From positions 17,114,001 through 17,178,000 of the forward strand of contig CM075990.1 in NCBI GenBank assembly GCA_038087875.1: 64,000 bases of DNA, in the 5' to 3' direction. The stretch is from Malacoraja senta. Its lineage: Eukaryota. Both the position numbers and the translations under genes were made by a program. How positions within the stretch are numbered: the first letter of the stretch is position 1; each line of letters opens with the position of its first letter. The notes beneath the pieces are model-generated. The model was not told the origin of the DNA, searched no databases, and worked only from the letters and a program-made list of their open reading frames with translations. Positions 51,978-63,302 of this stretch are shown here, in pieces.

Positions 51978-52710
51978 GTAATGCCCGTAAATACAGAGCA
52001 TTCAGTTTAGTTTAGTGTCACGTGTACCGAGGTACAGTGAAAAGCTTTTGTTGCGTGCTATCCAGTCAGCGGAAAGACAATACGTGATTACAATCGAGCC
52101 GTTTACAGTGTACAGATACAGAATACACCAAGGCAAATTCCTTGTATGTGTACATACTTGGCCAATAAATTTATTCATTTATTCATTCATGATCAGGGAA
52201 TAATGTTTAGTGCCCCTTGCGTCCTCTATTCATGTAGATTCCGTCTTTCATTCAATTTGTTACACCGTATATTTTGTTTCATTCTCTGCTGATTTGGACA
52301 ATGAGGTAGCGTTCCATATTACCATACAACATAGGTGCAGAATTCAGCCCATCGAGTCTATTCCCCCATTCAATCATAGTCATATGGCCCTTCGGCCCAA
52401 CTTGCCCATGCTGACCAACATGCCCCATCTACACTAGTACCACCTGCCTGCTTTTGGCCCATATCCCTTTAAACCTGTCCTATCCATGTACCTGTCTAAA
52501 TGTTTCATAAACATCTCAACTACCTCCTCCATACACCCGCCATCCTTTGTGTAAAAATGTAATCCCCATTGCGCCCCATTCATTTAATGCTTCTGTTGTA
52601 AGTACAATGTCGAGTTTAATAACAATGGAAATGATCAAAAATATTATGCAGTTTAAAAAACCCTTTCCAGAAAACCAAAATGAATTCTTGCTTTTGATTT
52701 GTTGTTGCAG

Positions 52711-52880
52711 ACAATATAAAATCTTGCATGCCTGCCTGTAGTAAGTCACCGTGCTTAATACCGGGACTGGAAATGATTCAAATCTTTCTGAATCGGCACA
52801 TGGCCATACCTCAGATCCACGTTACCCTGGCTGCATTGGTCTTGCAGAAGCCACTTGTTGAGATGCCAGAAGACTGGGAG
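52711..52880 (+). CDS. WDFY4: WDFY4 coding exon 29
   Basis: NIKSCMPACSKSPCLIPGLE...PLVEMPEDWE|GTAAGG. Confidence 0.88.
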
Positions 52881-53258
52881 GTAAGGTCTTGCTGACTGTA
52901 CAAAGTGAACCTTGCCATGTTTGTTGTTGTTGTTGCCACTTTCAGACGGTTCACAGGTCCGTATTTGATGCCGTTGCTGAGATACAAATGTCCAACACAC
53001 AACTTCATCAGGATGAACGAAGTAGCATGCTCAAAATGTAGAAACAAGGAACCACAGATGCTGTTTAGTTTGGAGATACAGCTTGGAAACAGACCCTTCA
53101 GACCAATTAGTCCGCGCTGACCATTTATCGGCCATACACTGCACACTAGGGGCAATTTTACAGAAGTACGTCTTTGGAATTTGGGTGGAAAACGGAGCAC
53201 CTGGAGGAAAGCCACGCGGTCCTAGGGAGAACGTACAAACTCTGTAAAGACACCACTC

Positions 53259-53261
<3 letters not shown>

Positions 53262-53290
<29 letters not shown>

Positions 53291-54223
53291 CATTTTATTT
53301 ACTGGCGCCTTTCTAAAACCCAAGGACACCTTACAATGTATAGAATCACAACAAAAATACAAAACACATAATCGGAATAAATTAAATATAAAACACCACA
53401 GTACACAAATCAAGGACAGAATTCAATTTCAAGAACACCAAAAGAAAATAAGAAACACACTTTGAGGAGAGAGCAGCGGCGACCAATTCGCGCCAGCGTC
53501 CACTCTCCCCTCCGACCGCCATCTTGCACACAGACTAACAGGCACAGCACACAAAATCATCCCCCCACAATGACCACCACTGTGGGGGAAGGCACAATGT
53601 CCAGTCCCCAACCCAGTTCTCCCCAGAGTCAGGCCCATCGAGGCCACCACAGTTGCCTCTACGGAGGCCCGATGTTCCTGGCCGTCGGGAGAGTCCTCGC
53701 AGCGGCTGGAACGGCCGGTTTCCCGACGGAGTCGATGGCACCTGAAGCCGACAGGGCCGCGCCGATTTGGAGCCACGAGGCTCCCGATGTTGGAGTCGGC
53801 GCCGCCGCCCGCAGCTGGTCGCTCCGCAGTCCGCAGCCCGGAGGTGTTGGTGTAGGCGGTCAGCGCATACCGGAGCTCCAGCGCGTCGATCCAGCGCGGC
53901 GACCCAGGCAAGGCATCGCCCGCTACGCTCTCCGATAGCGCTCCAGCGCTGTGCCGCCACCGAAGCTGAAGGTGCTGGGCGGTCCCCGTCAGGAAACGGC
54001 GCTCCATGCCCGCTGGTAGGCCACGAGGACGGGTCGACGAGGCAGCCTGGAGAAAAAGCTGCCTCACCGACCAGGTAGGGACCTAGAAGTAGTTACCCCC
54101 TTACCCCCCCCACATTAAAAGTCAAAACCCCCCAAACAAACAAAGAAATAAAAAACACTAAAACAAAAGAAAGTGAATTTGACGGACGGCTGCTGTTTAG
54201 CAGCCGTTCCTCCAAGATGGCGG
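53262..54223 (-). mobile_element. ~960-bp GC-rich non-coding retroposon with L2-like 3' tail, nested in a V-SINE
   Basis: CTCATA duplication at 53256-53261 and 54224-54229; (ATT)n tail; a short 3' copy at ~51150-51345. Confidence 0.7.
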
Positions 54224-54445
54224 CTCATAGTCAGGATCGAACCAGGGTCTCTGGTGCTGTAGGGCAGTAAGTCTACTGTTGCAGTTTGGTTTATTGTCAC
54301 GTGTACCAAGGTACAGTGAAAAGGTTTTGATGCGTGCTATCAAGGCAGCAGAACAATACATGATTACAATCGAGCCTTTTACAGTGTACAGATACATGAT
54401 AAGGGAATAACATTTCGTGCAAGGTAAAGCCAGCAAAGTCTGATC

Positions 54446-54677
54446 TGTCTGAAGAAGGGTTTCGGCCCGAAACGTTGCCTATTTCCTTCGCTCCGTGCAA
54501 AGAGTTGAACAATCTCCACTATAGGAAATAGGCAACGTTTCGGGCCGAAACCCTATGGGTTTCGTCCCGAAACGTTGCCTATTTCCTTCGCTCCATAGAT
54601 GCTGCTGCACCCGCTGAGTTTCTCCAGCATTTTTGCGTACCTTTGATTTTCCAGCATCTGCAGTTCCTTCTTAAACA
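54446..54677 (+). mobile_element. Hammerhead-motif repeat with direct-inverted-direct triplication
   Basis: caaagtctgatc duplicated at 54434-54445 and 54678-54689. Confidence 0.8.
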
Positions 54678-55646
54678 CAAAGTCTGATCAAGGATAGTCC
54701 GAAGGTCACCAAGGAGGTAGATAATAGCCACTGTGCCGACCTACTTTGTTAATAGACACAAAGTGCTGGAGTAACTCACTGGGTCAGGCAGGCAGCATCT
54801 CTGCAGAACATGGATAGGTAATGTTTCTGGTTGAGACCCTTCTTCATACAGATCCTCACATCTGTGCCTTATCTAAACCACTTGACAGCTGATGCATTGC
54901 TTCTGAAGGGCACTCACTGTAAGGATGATGGGAACCATGTAACTAAGTCTCACATCCAGCAGGGGTAAGCAAGCGATAATCTGTTTGCATTATGCCATGA
55001 GGAATAGGTGTAGAATTAGGCCATTCGGCCCATCAAGTCTACTCCGCCATTCAATCATGGCTGATCTATCACTCCCTCCTAACCTCATTCTCCTGCCTTC
55101 TCCCCATAACCTCTGTAACCTGTACTAATCAAGAATCTATCTATCTCTGCCTTAAAATATTCAATGACTTGGCCTCCACAGTCTTCTCTGCCTCAGAGAG
55201 CGGCGGAGGCCGGTTCCCTGGATGCTTTCAAGAGAGAGTTAGATAGGGCTCTTAAAGATAGTGGAGTCAGGGGATATGGGGAGAAGGCAGGAACGGGGTA
55301 CTGATTGGGGATGATCAGCCATGATCACATTGAATGGCGGTGCTGGCTCGAAGGGCCGAATGGCCTACTCCTGCACCTATTGTCTATTGTCTATTGTCTA
55401 TTATCACTCTACGACTCTATGGGGTTGTTGAGAAATGTATTCCATGTCACAGCAGGGACAAATGGTCGAAATGTGGAAAATTGTGGTGATTTTCACAACT
55501 TCATGATGCCCATAATTATTGTTAGAGATTGGCCGTTACGATGACCTCTATGATTGAATGAGGCGGTGTCGATCAAAGCCACGAGACCAGATCGATCTCC
55601 AGTACAGATCCATGGAATGTTATTTAAACCAGGATCTATTTTCTAG

Positions 55647-55787
55647 GTGGATCTTGATACAATGATTTCTTGGCTTCTTGAACAAGTTAGTCCTAATCCA
55701 AGAGAAAAGTCCATGAAACTCCCTAATGGATTGTGCATTGAAGCTGCTTTGATTCTGCTGAGGATGGTGAGAGCCATATTGAGCCTG
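55647..55787 (+). CDS. WDFY4: WDFY4 coding exon 30
   Basis: VDLDTMISWLLEQ...GLCIEAALILLRMVRAILSL|GTAAGG. Confidence 0.9.
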
Positions 55788-55898
55788 GTAAGGACATTCT
55801 CCTTTGTTCAAATATGCTTCAAACGTCGTGGTGTAAAGTGTGGGAAGGAACTGCAGATGCTGGTTTACACCAAAGATAGACACAACATGCTGGAGTTA

Positions 55899-56113
55899 AG
55901 GGCCGGTCCCACTTTCACGACCTAATTCACGACCTTTTTTACTCGTGGACATTTTTCATCAGGCTAGAAAAACGGCCCGACCTACTTGATGCCACGAGTA
56001 CCTACGACTAGCATCACGACCTACCTACGACCTCCTACGACCTTGTGACGACCATGCTGCAAGTATGAGTCAAGGACAAACTCGGCAGAAGTCGTGAAAG
56101 TGGGACAGGCCCT
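55899..56113. mobile_element. MITE, Harbinger/PIF-like, inserted in a hammerhead-motif repeat
   Basis: AGGGCCGGTCCCACTTTCACGAC ... GTCGTGAAAGTGGGACAGGCCCT. Confidence 0.85.
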
Positions 56114-57025
56114 TAACTGAGCAGGACAGGCAGCATCTCTGGAGAGAAGGAATGGGTGACGTTTCGGATCGAGACCCTGCTTTAGACTCTGAACTCTGTC
56201 CCTGACTCTGAAGAAGGCATACAATAGTGCACGCAGAAACCAGATGGATCAGCATGGAAGATCAATCAGCATTTACTGGAACATGTCATATTTTAGCACT
56301 AACAAAATCATTGCCCAAGGAATCAGGCGTCAAGTTGGTACATCAGAACAACCATTAAGATCAATGTCTGAAGAAGGGTCTCGACCTGAAACGGCACCCA
56401 TTCCTTCTATCCAGAGATGCTGCCTGTCCCACTGAGTTACTCCAGCATTTTGTGTATCAGGGTGTAAAGAATCAGGAAATCACCTTTAACCAGCAGAGTA
56501 CCAGATGTGGCCATTCCACACAACAGCGGGCAGATCAATTTGATGTCCATCGCTTTTATGAGTTTCATTCGCATTAGGTGAAAACAGAAGTTGTGTAGTA
56601 TCGTTTATTTTTGTTTATAGGTACAGCTCGGAAACGGGCCCTACGGCCCACTGAGTCCGCGCCGACCAGCGATCCCTGCACACTAACTCTATCCTCCCCC
56701 CACTGGGGACAATTTACAATTTTTACCAAGCCAATTAACCCTCAAACCTGTACATCTTTGGAGTGTGGGAGGAATCCGGAGCTCCGGGAGAAATATTTCT
56801 ACCTGAAACATTAACTCCATTTCTCTCTCCACAGATGCTGACCGACCTGCTGAGTGTTTCCACCATTTTTTGCTCTATCCCTGACATTGTTGAGTATCAC
56901 CAGTGCAAACCATTAACAGGTTGCTCCGTAAAGCAGCGTGAATGTAGAAGAATGCTGACTGCAGTAGAGGTCGATAGTTATTTACAGTGGTCTGGTTCAA
57001 ACAGTAATAGGTTTTGTTCTCTCAG

Positions 57026-57196
57026 CCTCCCTCAGGAAGTGACAGCTCGTGGGACGTCACCTATCCTGGCAGCGTGATACAATTCTTCACCCGTGCTTAC
57101 CACATGTTCTCCAATGACCCTCTGTGGAAGTCACCAGAGTTCCTCCAGGCATTGGCTGCTGCTGCGTTCCACGTGGATCAACCCCCTAGTCACATG
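57026..57196 (+). CDS. WDFY4: WDFY4 coding exon 31
   Basis: PPSGSDSSWDVTYPGSVIQF...DPLWKSPEFLQALAAAAF...SHM|GTATGA. Confidence 0.9.
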
Positions 57197-57875
57197 GTAT
57201 GAGTTCATGCAGCTTAGTCACTTCACTCACATGTACTTTCCGCCGTTTTGACATCCCATTTAAATATTACAAATGGACTTCAAACTGAACCTCAAAGTGC
57301 CACCTAGTAGTACAAAGAGTAAAATAACAGTGTCGAATATAGCGTTACAGCGTTATAGCTCACATGCATTATAGTGCTGGTGCTACAGGGAAAGCGCAGA
57401 TCATAATGTCATGTGATAGGAATAATCAGGCCATTCGGCCCATCGAGTCTACTCCGCCATTCAATCGTGGCTGATCTATCTCTCCCTCCTAACCCCATTC
57501 TCCTGCCTTCTCCCCATAACCTCTGACACCCGCACTAATCAAGAATCTATCTATCTCTGCCTTAAATATATCCACTGGCTTGGCCTCCACAGCCTTCTGT
57601 GGCAAAGAATTCTACAGATTCACCGCCCTCTGACTAAAGAAATTTCTCCTCATCTCCTTCCTAAAAGAATGTCCTTTAATTCTGAGGTTGTGCCCTCTAG
57701 TCCTAGACTCTCCCACTCGTGGAAACATCCTGTCCACATCCACTCGATCCAAGCCTTTCACTATTCTGTATCTTTCACTAATGTGATGATAGTGAGGGAG
57801 AATCTATTCCTGGTAAAACAAACTGTGATGTTGAAGCAATTGCCTTTTTGTTTGCATTTCCCCCCCCTGGGTCAG

Positions 57876-58040
57876 GCTGATTGGGGTCAGCTAGTGCAGG
57901 AGAAGCCAAGCTGTAATGCCGAGACTCAACTCCACCCAGCCCAGAAGCAAGTGACAGAATTCATTCACACTCTCCTTTTGGACAGCTTGTTGAACACACC
58001 TGCAAACAAACTGCTGCATCCAGTGGAGATTCTAGTCGAG
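57876..58040 (+). CDS. WDFY4: WDFY4 coding exon 32
   Basis: ADWGQLVQ...HPAQKQVTEF...HPVEILVE|GTAGGT; 5' boundary less certain. Confidence 0.82.
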
Positions 58041-58102
58041 GTAGGTATCTGCTCTTCGTTTAGATAAACACATAGACACAAACTACTGGAGTAACTCAGC
58101 GG

Positions 58103-58612
58103 GTCCTTGCTATTGAGGGAGTGCAGCGTAGGTTCACAAGGTTAATAACTCCTGGGATGGCGGGACTGTCATATGCTGAGAGAATGGAGCAGCTGGGCTT
58201 GTACACTCTGGAATTTAGGATGAGAGGGGATCTTATTGAAACATATAAGATTATTAACGGTTTGGACACGCTAGAGGGAGGAAACATGTTCCCGATGTTG
58301 GGAGAGTCCAGAACCAGGGGCCACAATTTAAGAATAAGGGGTAAGCCATTTAGAATGGAGATGAGGAAACACTTTTTCACACAGAGAGTGGTGAGTCTGT
58401 GGAATTCTCTGCCTCAGAGGGCGGTGGAGGCAGGTTCTCTGGATGCTTTCAAGAGAGAGCTGGATAGGGCTCTTGAAGATAGCGGAGTCAGGGGATATGG
58501 GGAGAAGGCAGGAACGGGGTACTGATTGGGGATGATCAGCCATGATCACATTGAATGGCGGTGCTGGCTTGAAGGGCCAAATGGCCTCCTCCTGCACCTA
58601 TTGTCTATTGTC
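58103..58612 (+). mobile_element. CR1 LINE 3' fragment nested in a minus-strand hammerhead-motif repeat
   Basis: QRRFTRLI...HFFTQRVVSLWNSLP...GEKAGTGY; host sequence resumes as gggacaggcagcatc. Confidence 0.9.
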
Positions 58613-59882
58613 CATTGGGACAGGCAGCATCTCTGGAGAGAAGGAATGTGTTTAGTGTGAAGAAGCATATCTATTGTTCACATTGGGGACAATATACAGA
58701 AACCAGTTCACCTACAAACCTGCACGTCTTTGGAATGTTGGAGGAAACTGCAGCACCCGGGGAAAATGCACGTGGTCACCGGGGAATGTACAAAGTCCGT
58801 ACAGACAGCACCCATAGTCAGAATTGAACCTGGGTCTCAGGCACTGTAAGGCAGCAACTCCAGCGCTGTGCCACCCAGACTTGGAGGGATATGGGTTTTG
58901 TATCTGTTGTTACATTACAGATATATACTTTTACTGATAGAGTACTGATCTACGTCTGACAGTGTCGTTTAGTTTAGTTTAGCATTGTCATGTTATTCTT
59001 CTTTTGATCTTTCTTATTGATGTGGGTATTATTTTATTGTGGATCCGCAGTAGTATATTGGGCTTGTTATTAAGGACATAGGAAATTGTAAGAGGAATGG
59101 ATTACGCAGACCATCAAGAAGTAGACTTTCCCCAACCAATTCCATTGCCCTTTATTAGAGTCATAGGGTGATACAGCGTGGAAACAGGCCCTTCGGCTGA
59201 ACTTGCCCACACCGACCAACATATCCCATCTACAATGTACCTGTCTAACTGTTTCTTAAACGTTGGGATAGTCCCTGCCAAAACTATCTCCTCCGGCAGC
59301 TCGTTCAATACACCCGCCATCCTTTGTGTGAAAAAGTTACCCCTCAAATTCCATTTAAATCTTTTCCCCTTCATATTAAACCAATGTCATCTGGTCCTCG
59401 ATTTCCCTACTCTGGGCAAGAGACTCTGTGCATCTACCCGATATATTCATTGCATGATTTTGTACCCCTCTATAAGATCATATACCCCTCTATAAGATCA
59501 TTGTCAAGTATTTTAAGAATTATTTTCTAAGTCCTTGATATGGTGAGAAGAAACATCTAGCCTTCCACGATGGTCATAGTCACGCCTCCTGTGCCAACCC
59601 CTCCACTCACACAGACAAAGAAACACATCATCACACACCCCGAATAGAGATTCTCCGAAGCAAAAAGAGGGGAACCCTAATGTTCCCCACAGAAAAGAGT
59701 TCTGCACATTGGGTGGAAATGATGTCCACCAATTATTCTCAGTGATTTGGAATCTATGAGAGTTACAAGAAAGTTTTCGACATGCAGTGGTGGTTGGCTG
59801 CAGGTTCAATTGTTATTTTGTATAAGCTGTTTCCTAATTCAATTCCTACACCTTTACAATGTGTGACTTTCTTTTGCTGCAG

Positions 59883-60009
59883 AGCTCACCAGCAAAGTCT
59901 ACTGAAGAGCAGAGGAAGTCATTCCAGACTGCAATGTTACTCTTCATCATGGATATACTGCGCAACGTCACCGAGGCATATCCAATGTTAAAGCCCATGG
60001 ACAGAGATG
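59883..60009 (+). CDS. WDFY4: WDFY4 coding exon 33
   Basis: SSPAKSTEEQRKSFQTAMLLFIMDILR...PMDRD|GTTAGT. Confidence 0.86.
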
Positions 60010-60390
60010 GTTAGTCACGGGCAAAGGCCTGGAGATTCCTTCATTAGCAGCTTGTGATTGAGTAACCAAATGCTGCCGTCTGTTCTGTGACCCAGACCAA
60101 GCCTGTTGTCTGTTTTGTGAACCAGCCCTGTTCATCCATTAGCCTGAGTGAGATATTTCCTGGTCCCCCCACCCCCCCCCCCCCATGGCCACATGTTGTG
60201 GTCCACCAACCCCCCGAGATATTTGTATTCCTCCAGTCCTGGCCCTTACTCCACCGAGGAGACCCTAAGTTATGGAACCTCTTTCCTTCGCTTTCTATCT
60301 GTCTGTCAGGCCCACGGGAGTAAATCACAGGCGAGGGGACTTGTAGAGAGTGACCCACCAGCAGACGTTCCAAAGCCGTTCCTCTATCTG

Positions 60391-60714
60391 GGCAGCATGG
60401 TGGTGCAGCGGTAGAGTTGCTGCCTCACAGCGCCAGAGACCCGGGTTCGATCCTGACTACGGGTGCTATCTGTACGGAGTTTGTATGTTCTCCCCGTGAC
60501 CTGCGTGGGTTTTCTCCAGGATCTCCGGATTCCTCCCACACTCCAAAGACGTACAGGTTTGTAGGTTTATTGGCTCGGTAAAATTGTGAATTGTCCCTAG
60601 TGTGTGTAGGGTAGTGTTAGTGTGCGGGGATCGCTGGTCAGCATGAACCCGGTGGACCAAAGGGCCTGTTTCCGCGCTGTATCTCTAAACTAAACTAACC
60701 TAAACTAAACTAAA
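60391..60714 (+). mobile_element. Full-length tRNA-derived V-SINE (HE1-like)
   Basis: A box, B box ggttcgatcc, V-domain, CR1-type tail, (ctaaa)n. Confidence 0.9.
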
Positions 60715-61157
60715 TAAAGTTAGGTGGATGGAAACACCACCACAACTCATGCAGTTTGTGGATTTGAGAATGCCTCAACAATCCTTCATTACTGGTGGAT
60801 CTAAAACCAAGAACTCCCTGCCCCATAGCGATGTAGGAGAGCCTTCACTACGAGAACACAGCAGATCCAGAATGTGGTTTGCCATTGTCATCACTGGCTC
60901 CTCAATGATAATTAGTCACTCATGGCCAACAAATGCTTAGGTTTCGGTTTATTCTTGTCACAAGAAGTGAGGTACAGTGAAAAGCTTTCTTGTGCAGGCT
61001 GTCTCATCAAATCAGTCAATACAACACAGAAATACATGTTGCTGACCTTACTGATGCGTTCCACAAATACAAAAGCATTGGCAGGAAATATGACCAACAG
61101 CAAACATGATTGTAAATATGATCTCTTGTAATAATTCTAATAATGCCTGCACTCTAG

Positions 61158-61653
61158 ACATAGAAACATAGAAACATAGAAAATAGGTGCAGGAGGAGGT
61201 CATTTGGCCCTTCGAGCCAGCACCACCATTCATTGTGATTATGGCTGATCATCCACAATCAGTAACCCGTGCCTGCCTTCTCCCCATATCCCTTGATTCC
61301 GCTAGCCCCTAGAGCTCTATCTAACTCTTTTAAATTCACCCAGTGAATTGGCCTCCATTGCCTTCTGTGGCAGAGAATTCCACAAATTCACAACTCTCTG
61401 GGTGAAAACGTTTTTGGGGGTAGGGTATTGACATGGATAGAGAATTGGTTGGCAGACAGGAAACAAAGAGTAGGAATAAATGGGTCCCTGTCAGAATGGC
61501 AGGCAGTGGCGAGTGGAGTACCGCAAGGCTCGGTGCTGGGGCCACAATTATTTACAATACACATGAATGATTTAGATGATGGAATTAAAAGTAACACTAG
61601 CAAATTTGCAGATGACACAAAGCTGGGTGGCAGTGTGAACTGCGAAGAGGATC
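61158..61653. mobile_element. CR1 pieces in opposite orientations
   Basis: Minus-strand 3' end (~61158-61410) joined to a plus-strand RT piece WIENWLADRKQRVGING...GVPQGSVLGP...FADDTKL. Confidence 0.85.
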
Positions 61654-61656
61654 TAA

Positions 61657-62011
61657 AGGGCCTGTCCCACTGTACGAGGTAATTCAAGAGTTCTCCCGAG
61701 TTTTCCCCTGATTCGAGCTCGTGTAATGTACGTAGCGGGTACGTTGGAGCTTGTGGGTGTCCCGTAGCGGCTCGTAAGAGTATCGGTAGGTACTCGGGAA
61801 ATCTGGTAAACTCGTGACGTTTTTTCAACTGTGAAGAATGTCCACGATTAAAAAAATACTCGTGATGAAAAAAATTGTTACTTTTTACTCGTACGAGCCG
61901 CTACGAGACATCCACGAAAAACTACGTACCCGCTACGGACATTCTCCGAGTTCAAATCAGGGGAAAACTCGGGAGAACTCTTGAATTACCTCGTACAGTG
62001 GGACAGGCCCC
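61657..62011. mobile_element. MITE with 56-bp perfect terminal inverted repeats
   Basis: 61658-61713 is the exact reverse complement of 61955-62010. Confidence 0.9.
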
Positions 62012-63144
62012 TTACTCTATCTAGAAAACATCCAGTGAATTGGCCTCCACTGCCTTCTGTGGCAGAGAATTCCACAGATTCACAACTCAAGTATTTATTT
62101 ATTATTACTGTAAGGAATAATACAGTATTCATATATAGTAAATATTAAATATCTATCTATGTGTAACTTAATACTTACACTAAGTATTAAGTGACTTTGT
62201 GATTTACTTACACTTCTGCGTGTAACTTAACTCTGTGAGTAAGTTATTCTCATGCCTTTGTGAGCTTCATGTAAACAAGGAATTTTATTACACCCTGGTG
62301 CGTATGACAATAAACAAATCAGAATCTGATTCTAAAATAAGCACACAGTGAAATCAAATTCAGGTGGACATATACATATGAAATTTCCCTGCTGCTACTT
62401 TACAAAGTTAAGATGGTTGATGAAAGTATTTCATTGGAAAATATTGTTAAGACATTTAAACAAGAGTTGAAAGTGTTTAATTCTCATAAGTTCCACCAAG
62501 AGAACAATGAAATTCTTACTTGCTGCAACTTCTCAGGTCTGCAAACCCAATAACGCAGATAATATATGATAATCAAAAATAATAAATGTTAATAACCGTA
62601 ATACTATGTAACCAGAATAGTGCAAAAACCTGAAGTCTGTAGTGCAGGCAAAGACACAGTCCATAGAAGGTCAGAGTTGCTGAGGTTAGTGTTGTGCAGT
62701 GGTCAAGAGCCTGATAGTTGCTGGGAAGAAGCTGGTCTTGAACCTGGAGGTCACGGTTTTCAGATGATTTTGCCTTCTTCCCGATGGTAGCAGCGAGATG
62801 AGAGCGTGGCCAAGGTGGCATTTTGCCCATGTCCCAATAATACAAGCAATGGAGCTGACCCGTACACTATTATAAAGTCATTTTGAGTTGGATTAAAGAA
62901 TCTTTTATATGTGAGTAACCTTGTTAATGAATGAATGAATAAGTTTATTGGCCAAGTGTTCACATACAAGGAATTTGCCTTGGTGCTCCGCTCACAAGTG
63001 ACAACATGGCATATATTGACAGTTAGGAATGACACATAAAACATTAAATAATAATAATTAATATCAATTAATTAATTAATAAACATTAAACTATGCTTTA
63101 ATGGATTATTATTGATACCCAATATTTTCTCTATTATTTAGTAG

Positions 63145-63302
63145 GTCCGAGTCAGGCACACGGCACAGCTGATGGAAGCTTCGTCACTCTATTTGGCAAC
63201 ATGACCTATTTCAGCCAAAGAATTGTGGACAAGTTGTACGCCAGAATGTTTGATGCCAACCCTGAACAGATCCTTCGTTTCCTAACCAGACAGATTTGTA
63301 AG
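63145..63302 (+). CDS. WDFY4: WDFY4 coding exon 34
   Basis: PSQAHGT...GNMTYFSQRIVDKLYARMFDANPEQILRFL|GTACAG; tandem acceptor, may start at 63142. Confidence 0.88.

Larger units (their letters stand above)
6905..63302 (+). other. WDFY4: WDFY4 gene, 5' part (34 coding exons, 1989 codons, continues beyond the window)
   Basis: Spliced translation is collinear with human WDFY4 as recalled (VKNLQAF, NFFLLEWT, IKIFLDD, LIRIFEKLA, APSFIEFDMS, GQWHHL, WKQKSSL.WRLGPTYL, NEVDSRLIA, LGPDWF, TIWLRNQLL). All 33 junctions are phase-compatible. Confidence 0.93.

Noticed and set aside
53429..54078. 140-212 aa ORFs on both strands
   Set aside because: Explained by high GC and few stops; no recognisable domain and no splice fit to WDFY4.
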